Of a stretch of 64,000 bases of DNA, positions 9,445 through 17,855 are shown one piece after another. Each line of letters opens with the position of its first letter. The first letter of the stretch is position 1. Below the pieces are notes generated by a model. The model did no database searches. It had not been told where the DNA came from and saw only the letters and a list, made by a program, of their open reading frames with translations. Both the position numbers and the translations under genes were made by a program. This DNA is from Dehalococcoidia bacterium. Lineage in GTDB: Bacteria; Chloroflexota; Dehalococcoidia; Lucifugimonadales; Lucifugimonadaceae. The stretch spans positions 2,011,273-2,075,272 of the forward strand of contig OZ252238.1 in NCBI GenBank assembly GCA_965249505.1. Direction: 5' to 3'.

Positions 9445-9844
9445 TTCCTCTACACAACCATAGGTTTGCGGTAACTGACGAGGGACGACGAGAGCAAAGC
9501 CGAGGCATGCTACCGGCTGTTCCAGAAAGTTCAAGACGGAGAAGAAGAGCTCTTCACATGCGAAGCAATTGTGACGGAGGTCGTTTACGTTTTAACGTCA
9601 AATCGGGCACCCTACGGACTCAGCCATGAGGAAGTAAGAGCCCGGGTGCTACCGATCCTCATGCTACGCGGCCTCAGACTGCCACAGAAACGCGCGTACA
9701 TCCGTGCTCTTGACATCTACGCCGTTTCTCGATTTTGAGGATGCACTGGCGGTTGCCCACATGGAGACACAGGGCATCGAAGAAATCGTGAGCTACGACA
9801 GAGACTTCGACCGCGTCGCGGGCATCCAGCGGTCCGACCCGTAA
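9445..9844 (+). pseudogene. Decayed PIN-domain toxin (VapC-like)
   Basis: Conceptual translation: FLYTTIGLR*LTRDDESKAEACYRLFQKVQDGEEELFTCEAIVTEVVYVLTSNRAPYGLSHEEVRARVLPILMLRGLRLPQKRAYIRALDIYAVSRF* then, in another frame, DFEDALAVAHMETQGIEEIVSYDRDFDRVAGIQRSDP*. There is an in-frame TAA at 9472-9474 and a frameshift near 9725-9735. The first PIN acidic residue (LDTN) reads LYTT. The only upstream ATG (9428) is out of frame. Confidence 0.75.
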
Positions 9845-9953
9845 GGCGAGTTCGAACCCCAGGCTGGATTAGAGACCCGTTCGTTGCAATGGGTCCGTGG
9901 CAGTCGTCTCGTTGTATTCGATTAAGTTGCCGGCAACACGTTAACCTACTGAA

Positions 9954-12419
9954 TTGATGTTTCGACAATCCATCGCGTCAGGTACAGCCTCCAAATCTGT
10001 CGCTGTCATATTGGTTTCCGCAGCGTTGAGCGGATGGCTCCTCATTTCGTCATGTGATCTCACCAGCACGGAGTACGTGGAGGTGGAGGTCGAAGTCACT
10101 CGCGAAGTTTTCGTTGAGTCCCGACGGACCGTCGAAGTGGAAGTGACCCGTGTGGTTCCTGTTGAAGTGACTCGGATAAAGGAGGTCGTGCTGCCTTTCG
10201 GCTTCGAATCACCCACGCCGGCGCCTACCTACACGCCCACACCGACCCCGTCAGCGACTCATACGGCTACCCCGACCGTCACGCCGACACCGACACCAGA
10301 ACCGATAACGGAGATTAGCTTCGTTCCGATCGCAACAACGAAAGACTCTCCCAGTAAAGTGCAAGTCGTTTTCTCGCTGCGAAATCAGGGTGATCACGCG
10401 ATCGTGCGCGACGCTGAGGAGATTCAACGCGTCACGAAAGTATACGAGGAGGGACCGGGAACAGATGGTTTTGAAGAGATTGACTACTCCGAGACCAGTT
10501 TCTTCGTGCACACCGCGGAAAACTTCGAGTTAGAGGTCGTTTTCGTTTTGGACTTCACAAACAGCATGGCTGAAGCTACTCTGCCTGACGGTAGGAGCGG
10601 AATTGACGCCATGATCGAGGCGTTCAAGTCGTCACTGGACGTCTTGGCGAGTTCACATCGGGTAGGAGTAGTGGAGTTTCATGACAGAAACGTCGATCCC
10701 CGGGTTCTGTCACCGTTAACTACGAATCGTCCATTCGTCCAAACGCGGGTCGCCGCGTTCAATCAAAGCGACTTCGATCCAGGCTCGTCTCGCGTGTGGG
10801 ATGGTTTGACAACTGCTATTGGGTTGTTTTCGACAAGGGAGACCAATCCTCGGGGCGTCAGAGCGTTGGTATTCCTGTCGGACGGGCGGGACACGAGCAG
10901 TGTCAATAGCCGCGAGTTTGTGCTGAACCTTGCGCAACATGGCGGTGTCCAACTATATGTAATGGGTGTCGGTGAGGTTTTCCAAGAAGCCCGTCTTCGA
11001 GATATGAGTCGCCTTACGAACGGTAACTACTACCCAGCGAGAGAACCTGCCCTAGTCCAGAAGCAGCTGGAAATCATCGTCAATGACCTTAGAGGCCAGT
11101 ATCAAGTTAGCTACATCACGCTCAGAAGGGAGGGCATCTACAGAACGAAAATCAGCGCGGAACTAGACGGGATTTTGGGCGAAACCACAATTGGCAGCTT
11201 TGATGTCGGCTCGTTCTTCGGTCCTGACAACATAGGAAATTTTCAGTTCGATCCGCCATCCATCGATACCGTCAACAACCGAACTACGACTTTCTTGCGT
11301 GCGCTCCACGTACCTCGAAACATCGACCACATTCGGTTCAAGATTGGTTCTGACCTACAGGCCAATTTCGAGTTGGTCGGGCGAGAAGACGGAGGCCTAT
11401 TAGAAGATTGGGATCTCTCTGGACCAGGTGAAGACGGATTCTACGACCTCAGGGGACATGAGCCGATCGAATTTGGCAACTTCGGTTTGCTTTTTAGATT
11501 GACGATTTCAAATGTCGACGCGGCACAATCGGAGATTCCATTCGAATTCGATAACTCGATCTATTCGAGTGGAAAAAAACTTCAGATCCTTTCGAGTGAG
11601 GGTGTAGTCGGTCAACCTGCACACTCGGGCCGAATTCTCTTCACTTCTGATCGCGGCGGAGACAGAGATCTTTACATCATGGACCTCGACGGAAGTGATG
11701 TGCTGCAGCTTACCGATGATGGGAGCGATGATGTCACTCCACACTGGTCGCCCGATAGGCAGCAAGTCCTTTTCGCTTCGGATCGAGACGGTGACTACGA
11801 CCTCTACGTAATGAATCTTGACGGAACGGGGCTAGTCCAAATCACCGCCACCCAAGAAAATGAGTTTTATCCGCGATGGTCGCCCAACGGGGAACAGATC
11901 GTGTTCGTGTCTGACCTAGACGGTAATCAGGAAATTCAAGTCATAGATTCCGACGGATCAAACGGCATGTTCTTGACCGATCACCCGGATGGGGACACGT
12001 TTCCGCAATGGTCACCAGACGGGCTCCAAGTATTGTTCGCTTCGGATCGAGGCGGAGATCTCGATCTATACGTCATAAATTCCGACGGATCGGGATTGAC
12101 TCAACTGACTAATCATCCGGATCGGGATTCCTTTCCCCAATGGTCACCCGACGCGAGCCAGATAGCATTCGCTTCCAATCGTGACGGGAATCTGGAGATA
12201 TACACCATGAGTTCAGATGGGACCGCGATTGCGCGTCTCACCGAACACGAAAACTCAGACTTTTTGCCATATTGGTCTCCTGATGGCCAACAACTCGCTT
12301 TTTCGTCCAACAGAGACGGACACCACGACATCTATATGATCGATTCGAACGGCGATAACCTACGTCGCATCACTGATTATCCGGGAGATGAGATCGCTTA
12401 CGACTGGACTGGACAATAA
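9954..12419 (+). CDS. Exported multidomain protein: signal/lipobox, VEV-repeat stalk, Pro/Thr linker, vWA domain, unknown middle region, 6-bladed PD40 (TolB-type) beta-propeller
   Basis: 821-aa ORF. It has an N-terminal hydrophobic segment ending LLISSC, a stalk EYVEVEVEVTREVFVESRRTVEVEVTRVVPVEVTRIKEVV (10071..10190) and the linker PTPAPTYTPTPTPSATHTATPTVTPTPTPEP. A MIDAS-like VVFVLDFTNSM motif and VFLSDGRDT are present. Six ~44-aa repeats follow, of the form WSPDGxxIxFxSxRDGxxxIY. Confidence 0.85.
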   Translation: MMFRQSIASGTASKSVAVILVSAALSGWLLISSCDLTSTEYVEVEVEVTREVFVESRRTVEVEVTRVVPVEVTRIKEVVLPFGFESPTPAPTYTPTPTPSATHTATPTVTPTPTPEPITEISFVPIATTKDSPSKVQVVFSLRNQGDHAIVRDAEEIQRVTKVYEEGPGTDGFEEIDYSETSFFVHTAENFELEVVFVLDFTNSMAEATLPDGRSGIDAMIEAFKSSLDVLASSHRVGVVEFHDRNVDPRVLSPLTTNRPFVQTRVAAFNQSDFDPGSSRVWDGLTTAIGLFSTRETNPRGVRALVFLSDGRDTSSVNSREFVLNLAQHGGVQLYVMGVGEVFQEARLRDMSRLTNGNYYPAREPALVQKQLEIIVNDLRGQYQVSYITLRREGIYRTKISAELDGILGETTIGSFDVGSFFGPDNIGNFQFDPPSIDTVNNRTTTFLRALHVPRNIDHIRFKIGSDLQANFELVGREDGGLLEDWDLSGPGEDGFYDLRGHEPIEFGNFGLLFRLTISNVDAAQSEIPFEFDNSIYSSGKKLQILSSEGVVGQPAHSGRILFTSDRGGDRDLYIMDLDGSDVLQLTDDGSDDVTPHWSPDRQQVLFASDRDGDYDLYVMNLDGTGLVQITATQENEFYPRWSPNGEQIVFVSDLDGNQEIQVIDSDGSNGMFLTDHPDGDTFPQWSPDGLQVLFASDRGGDLDLYVINSDGSGLTQLTNHPDRDSFPQWSPDASQIAFASNRDGNLEIYTMSSDGTAIARLTEHENSDFLPYWSPDGQQLAFSSNRDGHHDIYMIDSNGDNLRRITDYPGDEIAYDWTGQ

Positions 12420-12505
12420 TCACGGCGAATCACGAACTTAATGGTTGTCATTTCGTCGAACGCCACCGGGATCATTGACTGCAATCAATGCGCACCATCT
12501 GACTT

Positions 12506-13837
12506 ATGAAAGTATTCGTTGTTATCGCAGTTGCTGTCGCGATTGGCGCGGTCGGCTACTTCGTCGCGAGGGATCTTCCAACAGTAGAGACGGTCGAAGT
12601 TACGAGGGAGATTGTCCGCGACGTTACCGTTCATATCGAAACAACGGTAGAGGTGGAAGTCACTCGTGAGGTTAAGTTGGAGTTCACTCGAGTGGTGGAA
12701 GTGTTCGTCACGGCCACCGCTGGACCCGCGACTTCCATTCCTGACACCCCGACGCCGGAACCAACCGAAACATCCACCTCGACTCCAACGATCATCCCGA
12801 CGCCCGAACCTACGTCAACACCGACTCCTCCGCCGCCACCAACGCCAACGGCAGCTACTCCTCCATCGCCGACGCCCGAGCCCGAACCCACACCTACGCC
12901 CGAGCCTCACGGACAGATCGTGTACATGTCCAAGTTGGATGATAGGTGGGGGATCCATGTAATGGATCTCCAACGATCGACTACGTACGGATTGACTGAC
13001 CGTGAATCCGTCGACGCATACCCCAAATGGTCTCCTGATGGGAGACGCGTGGCTTTTCACTCGAACCGGGACGGTGATTGGGAGATATACGTGATGAACG
13101 CCGACGGTTCGGGGCAGACTCGCCTTACCGATCGTACTGGCTTCGATGGCTTTCCACTCTGGTCGCCTGATGGGGAGAAGATCGTTTTTCAATCGCTATT
13201 CGAAGACAAAAACTGGGAAGCCCAAGTGGTGAATTCGGATGGCTCTGGATTGAATCTGTTGACGCAAAACGCAGACTCTGACGTGGGTTTCGTGTGGTCG
13301 CCGTCAGGAGATCGAATTGTGTTCAACTCGAACCGCAACGGTGATTTTGACGTGTATGTCGTGAATCTCGACGGCTCGGGCGAGACTCGCCTGACTGACA
13401 GTCCTGGAGACGACATCACTTATGGATGGTCGCCGAATGGAACTTGGATCGCGTTTCACTCAGAACGCGACGGCAACAACGACATATACGTCATGAATGC
13501 GAATGGTTCAGATGTTACTCGCCTGACGGACCACCCTGAAGCGGATATGGTCGCCAAGTGGTCCCCAGATGGGGAAAAGATCGCGTTCATCTCAAACAGG
13601 GATGGCGAAAGCGGTCTGTACGTCATGAATACCGACGGCACAGCAGTGACACGACTTGCCGATATTTCAGCTGACGATTCGACGTTTGTTTGGTCGCCTG
13701 ACGGTCAGTATCTGCTGTTTGGTTGGGACGGTGACGGTAACGATGATCTATACATCGTCGATGTACGTGGCTCCGAGTTGACGAAATTGACCGACAACAA
13801 CGAGGACGATGGCGCACCGGACTGGGTAGGTCGGTAG
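12506..13837 (+). CDS. Membrane-anchored PD40 (TolB-type) beta-propeller protein with VEV-repeat stalk and Pro/Thr linker
   Basis: 443-aa ORF. It has an N-terminal TM helix (VFVVIAVAVAIGAVGYFVA), a stalk TVETVEVTREIVRDVTVHIETTVEVEVTREVKLEFTRVVEVFVT (12581..12712) and a ~60-aa P/T/E-rich linker. About seven WSPDG...NRDG...IYVMN blades follow. Confidence 0.85.
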   Translation: MKVFVVIAVAVAIGAVGYFVARDLPTVETVEVTREIVRDVTVHIETTVEVEVTREVKLEFTRVVEVFVTATAGPATSIPDTPTPEPTETSTSTPTIIPTPEPTSTPTPPPPPTPTAATPPSPTPEPEPTPTPEPHGQIVYMSKLDDRWGIHVMDLQRSTTYGLTDRESVDAYPKWSPDGRRVAFHSNRDGDWEIYVMNADGSGQTRLTDRTGFDGFPLWSPDGEKIVFQSLFEDKNWEAQVVNSDGSGLNLLTQNADSDVGFVWSPSGDRIVFNSNRNGDFDVYVVNLDGSGETRLTDSPGDDITYGWSPNGTWIAFHSERDGNNDIYVMNANGSDVTRLTDHPEADMVAKWSPDGEKIAFISNRDGESGLYVMNTDGTAVTRLADISADDSTFVWSPDGQYLLFGWDGDGNDDLYIVDVRGSELTKLTDNNEDDGAPDWVGR

Positions 13838-13928
13838 AGGTGCGTCGACCAAGCATCGTTAGGTCGCAACAACTACTGGCTAGTCGGCACCCCGACAGCT
13901 AGCTGATGTTTCAGTGCCCCTCACATGA

Positions 13929-13949
13929 GTCCCCTCCCGCGGAGGGGAC
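13929..13949. terminator. Perfect 9-bp stem / 3-nt loop hairpin between convergent genes
   Basis: gtcccctcc-cgc-ggaggggac lies between the stop of 12506..13837 (+) and the stop of 13964..14950 (-). It is flanked by cccctca / cagggg, motifs related to the window-wide repeat family. No T-tract is present. Confidence 0.45.
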
Positions 13950-13963
13950 AGGGGATTGCCGCA

Positions 13964-14950
13964 CTAAATCCCCACCCGGCTCTTGCCAAGTACGTCGGGG
14001 TTGATCAGATTCTCCGGCATCTCCCCGTTCAGCACCCGCACCGCCTCTTCGGCCGTGCGTCGCTCCAGCTCCAAGGTCGATGCCTGTGAGAAGAACGCCG
14101 TGTGAGGCGTGATGATGACGTTTTCGAGCCCCAGCAAGGGATGATTGTCTGCCGGCGGTGCAGGCTCCAGAACATCCAGACCCGCCCCTGCGAGATGGCC
14201 GCTGGCCAGTGCCTCCGCCAGTGCCTCTTCCTCGATTATCCCGCCACGAGCGCAGTTAACGATGATCGAACCCGGCATCATCGTCGCTAATTCGTCAGCG
14301 CCGATCATGCCCTCCGTCTCGGGCGTTAGGGGAGTGTGAACCGTGATGAAGTGCGACCTGCGAAGAACGTCTTCGAACGTCGCGATCTCGACCCCTTCGA
14401 TCGTCTGGCCCGCTTCGATCAGCGGATCGTAAGCCACCATCTGCATCCCGAAACCGGCTGCTTTTGCTGCAATCGACCGACCTATCCGTCCGAAGCCCAA
14501 AATCCCTAATGTGGCACCTCGAGTGCGATGCATCGGCTGGTTCAACACGACTGATGACCAGCCGCCCGCCGTCACTTCACTGTTATGCGGAACCAACCGC
14601 CGGTTCAAAGCCAAGATCATGCCGATGGCGTGGTCGGTAACCTCATCCATGCAGTAGTCGGGAACATTGGTTACAACTATGCCGAGGTCAGTGGCAGTAG
14701 GGATGTCGATGTTGTCGACCCCGATGCCGTATCGACAAGCCACGACGCACTTCTCAGCGGCGCGGAGCACATTGCCTGTCACTTGAGCGAAACAAAAAAG
14801 GATGATGTCCGCATCAACAGCTAAACCAGCCAAGGTGGCCTCAGACGTATCAGGAGCAACTACTGGTTCTACACCCGCGGCTCGCAGCACCGCGCTCTCG
14901 GTCTCGATATCGGGCCACACGTAGTCTGTTATCAGAGCTGTCTTCGTCAT
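13964..14950 (-). CDS. D-isomer-specific 2-hydroxyacid dehydrogenase family (PGDH/CtBP-like)
   Basis: 328-aa ORF with the NAD motif GILGFGRIGRSIA, plus NCARGGIIEEEAL, LDVLEPAP and ITPHTAF, which hold the catalytic R/E/H positions. Confidence 0.85.
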   Translation of the reverse strand: MTKTALITDYVWPDIETESAVLRAAGVEPVVAPDTSEATLAGLAVDADIILFCFAQVTGNVLRAAEKCVVACRYGIGVDNIDIPTATDLGIVVTNVPDYCMDEVTDHAIGMILALNRRLVPHNSEVTAGGWSSVVLNQPMHRTRGATLGILGFGRIGRSIAAKAAGFGMQMVAYDPLIEAGQTIEGVEIATFEDVLRRSHFITVHTPLTPETEGMIGADELATMMPGSIIVNCARGGIIEEEALAEALASGHLAGAGLDVLEPAPPADNHPLLGLENVIITPHTAFFSQASTLELERRTAEEAVRVLNGEMPENLINPDVLGKSRVGI

Positions 14951-14997
14951 CGAAAAATCCTCGAGTTTGAACCACCATCGGCGTTTGCCAATGATGA

Positions 14998-16644
14998 CTA
15001 TACGCTAACCGTCGGCGAGCCCATCGGCTTGAATTGGCAGCCCTCTACGAAGAAATCGAAGAAATCCGGACTCGTCTCCAACTCGACGTGCTCGATCATC
15101 TTCACCAACTCCTCGATCGCCGAGCGTTTTCGACCAGATAACAGCATGATCGTCGCGCCGAGCAACGATGCGTTCCCTATCTTCACGATCTTCTCTAAAG
15201 GTAGATCCGGGATGAATCCGATCGAGATGGCGTTAACAGGATTGATGTAGTTGGCAAACCCACCCGCCAGATACAGCCGAGCATAGTCGCTGACCGATCG
15301 CTCCAGCGACTGAAGGACGATCTGTTGACCGCAGAAGTTCGCCGCCTTCGCCTGCGCTAACGCAGATATGTCGGCCCGCGAAAGCGTCAGCCCGTTTTCT
15401 GGATAAAACGAGAAGTGGTTCGAGCCGTCGCCGAACGCGCCCAGTTCATTCATCAGTTCTCGACGCCGAAGCTCTGCCAACAGGTCAATCAGGCCAGATC
15501 CGCAGATCCCCATCGGCTCGGCATCCCCTATCACCTTGACTTCGGGACAGTCGTCATCGTCCCGAAGGGTTAAACCTTCGATAGCGCCGTCGTAACCAGG
15601 CATGGCGTAGGCGACCGCGCCTCCCTCGAATGCAGGACCAGCAGGGCAGGAGGCAGCCATCAACCCATTTCGATTGCCGGCAACGATCTCGGTGTTGGTT
15701 CCTACATCGAGCAGGATCACGTTCTCTTCCTCTTCCTCTATTCCTACGGCGAGCAGGTCAGCAGCTACATCAGCGCCCACGTGAGATGCCACCAACGGTC
15801 CACCATAGACATTCGCTTCTGGATGTATGCGTATCCCTAACTCGTGCGCCCGAGCATTCACCGACGTAGATTCCCGTCTGCCGTCCAGATACTCGAACTC
15901 GACTGTCGACTTATATGGCTTCGTGCCGATCGACTCCACATCGAAGCCGAACAAGATGTCCCTCATCGTGGCGTTGCCGACGGCGACGAACTCGACGATC
16001 TGGCGCCGTCTGATCTTCAACGTCTTCACCATCTCGCCGATCTCGAAGTTGATGCTCGAAACTAACACTGCTTGCAGCTCGCCCGCGTACTCGCCCATGT
16101 CGTAGCTGATGCGGTGCATGATGTCGGAGCCGCCGAATCGCTGAGGATTCTCAAACGAGGCGACGTAGATAACTTCCCCGCTCTCGAGATCGACAAGATT
16201 CATGGCGACGGTAGTGGTACCGATGTCCGCCGCGATCCCCAGCATTCGGCCTCGATATCGGTCGATGACGCGGCCGTCGTTGTTGCCCTTGAATACGACC
16301 TCGTCACCTTCTCGGACGGTGACAGGGTCAAACTCGAACTCGTGCTCGATCGTCTCGGTAAGTATGCGAGGTTGCCGCCTCAAGACATTGAACTCGACCT
16401 CGGCGTCCGGATCGGTGATCGCCGCTTGGCAAGCTAGGCGGTACTCGCCTCGTAAGAACCGTTCAGAGTCAGTGAGGGGACTCAGAGTCGATAGTCCTCT
16501 GCGCACCTCGACGATGCATTCGTGACATTCACCCGTACGTCCGCAGGATGTGGGCACGCGCAGAGCAAGATCGTCTGCGTAGTCGAAGAGGGATTTGCCG
16601 GTTTCTAGCGGGAGACTCTGCCCGCCGTGGATCAGTGGGCTCAT
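14998..16644 (-). CDS. RACo/RamA-type reductive activase of corrinoid enzymes ([2Fe-2S] ferredoxin domain + ASKHA ATPase, DUF4445)
   Basis: 548-aa ORF with N-terminal SCGRTGECHEC...LACQA (Cx5Cx2C...C). The ASKHA phosphate-1 motif is GIAADIGTTTVAMNLVDL, with a later LLDVGTNTEIV. Size and order match ATP-dependent corrinoid activases. Confidence 0.8.
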   Translation of the reverse strand: MSPLIHGGQSLPLETGKSLFDYADDLALRVPTSCGRTGECHECIVEVRRGLSTLSPLTDSERFLRGEYRLACQAAITDPDAEVEFNVLRRQPRILTETIEHEFEFDPVTVREGDEVVFKGNNDGRVIDRYRGRMLGIAADIGTTTVAMNLVDLESGEVIYVASFENPQRFGGSDIMHRISYDMGEYAGELQAVLVSSINFEIGEMVKTLKIRRRQIVEFVAVGNATMRDILFGFDVESIGTKPYKSTVEFEYLDGRRESTSVNARAHELGIRIHPEANVYGGPLVASHVGADVAADLLAVGIEEEEENVILLDVGTNTEIVAGNRNGLMAASCPAGPAFEGGAVAYAMPGYDGAIEGLTLRDDDDCPEVKVIGDAEPMGICGSGLIDLLAELRRRELMNELGAFGDGSNHFSFYPENGLTLSRADISALAQAKAANFCGQQIVLQSLERSVSDYARLYLAGGFANYINPVNAISIGFIPDLPLEKIVKIGNASLLGATIMLLSGRKRSAIEELVKMIEHVELETSPDFFDFFVEGCQFKPMGSPTVSV

Positions 16645-16699
16645 GGCAAGCCGGCGAACAACGTTGCGGTTTGAAATCTAGCCCAACCGGCTGACGAAT

Positions 16700-16975
16700 T
16701 CAATTCAGCGGGTCGACTTCCCACGCCGATCTGTAGTCGAGACCATCGGCCGCGGTGCAGATGGGCTTTTCGGCTGGATTCTCGGTGAAGTGTTGGTTGC
16801 GACATCCGAACTTCGCGGTGCATCGCGTCTTTGCATCTTTATACGGACACCGGTTGAGCATCGACTTCTCGGCATTTTCCGCGATGTCCTTATAGATGCC
16901 TTGAAGCCGCACAATGCTTCTGCGCGCGGCACCGACGTCTAGCTGATGCGATCGCTCTTGTCCATTGTGGTTCAC
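16700..16975 (-). CDS. Small Cys-containing hypothetical protein (91 aa) between the corrinoid protein and the activase
   Basis: This is the only one of four overlapping ORFs here with protein-like composition. It carries four Cys (NRCPYKDAKTRCTAKFGCRNQHF...PICTA). It begins 15 nt after the upstream gene and ends 56 nt before the downstream gene. I recognise no family. Confidence 0.4.
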   Translation of the reverse strand: MNHNGQERSHQLDVGAARRSIVRLQGIYKDIAENAEKSMLNRCPYKDAKTRCTAKFGCRNQHFTENPAEKPICTAADGLDYRSAWEVDPLN

Positions 16976-16989
16976 AGAACCAGAGGCCC

Positions 16990-17733
16990 CTAGCCCAGCT
17001 GCTTCCTAAGTTCAAGCATCCCATGGGCGGTCTCGACGCAATCGACGGCATTCTCGCCGTAGCCATCGGCACCCATCTCGTCTGCGAACTCTCGGGTAAC
17101 TGGCGCTCCTCCAACCATAATCCTCACTTCGTCTCGCAATCCAACATCCTCAAAATATGTGATGGTCCTACCCATGTTGGGCATCGTAGTCGTCAGCAGA
17201 GCGGACATGCCCATCACTTGAGCGCCATGTTCAACCACGGCGTCTGCGAACTCTTCGGGAGACGTATCGACACCGAGGTCATGGACCACGAAACCGGCGC
17301 CGCGCAGCATCATGATGCACAGGTTTTTGCCGATGTCGTGAAGGTCGCCCTTCACTGTGCCCATAATCACAATGCCTACCGGCTCGATTCCAGATGCTGA
17401 GAGGATCGGCTCGATGTGCGCCATTCCAGCCTTCATCGCCCGCGCGGCCACCAGTACCTCAGGCACGAATATGACGTTATCGCGGAACTTCACCCCAACT
17501 ATCGCCATTCCGTTCAACAAACCGTTGTCGAGGATGTGATTCGCCGTGTAGCCGTTGCCGAGAGCCTCTTTGGTGAGGCGGTCGACTTCGAGGTTGTTGC
17601 CGACGATCAATTGGTACGCCATCTCTTGCATCAGGGCGTCGGCTACGTCCAGCGCTTCGCCGATGTGCTTCTGCTCACCAGGTCGAGTGACCCACTCGAA
17701 CTCCTTGGCTAACCCTTCATTGACTATCGGCAT
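16990..17733 (-). CDS. Methyltransferase cognate corrinoid protein (B12-binding cap + Rossmann B12-binding domain)
   Basis: 247-aa ORF carrying the full cobalamin signature: DxHxxG (GDLHDIGKN), SxL (MSALLTTT) and GG (MVGGAP). The N-terminal helical cap domain is typical of MtaC/MtbC/MetH-type modules. Confidence 0.9.
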   Translation of the reverse strand: MPIVNEGLAKEFEWVTRPGEQKHIGEALDVADALMQEMAYQLIVGNNLEVDRLTKEALGNGYTANHILDNGLLNGMAIVGVKFRDNVIFVPEVLVAARAMKAGMAHIEPILSASGIEPVGIVIMGTVKGDLHDIGKNLCIMMLRGAGFVVHDLGVDTSPEEFADAVVEHGAQVMGMSALLTTTMPNMGRTITYFEDVGLRDEVRIMVGGAPVTREFADEMGADGYGENAVDCVETAHGMLELRKQLG

Positions 17734-17855
17734 TTGATCGTGTTTTCCGGGTGTTCGAAGAGAGTTTTATTGATTGAAAAGCGACTAATTTAAGCAAACG
17801 AGCGCAAATCTCAATTTTACAACTCGATACTCACGTCGTTCTGTGTTGAACCCGG

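Noticed and set aside
9848-9860. tRNA-like T-loop string gagttcgaacccc
   Set aside because: The flanks offer no complementary T-stem, acceptor stem or anticodon arm. It is an isolated match.
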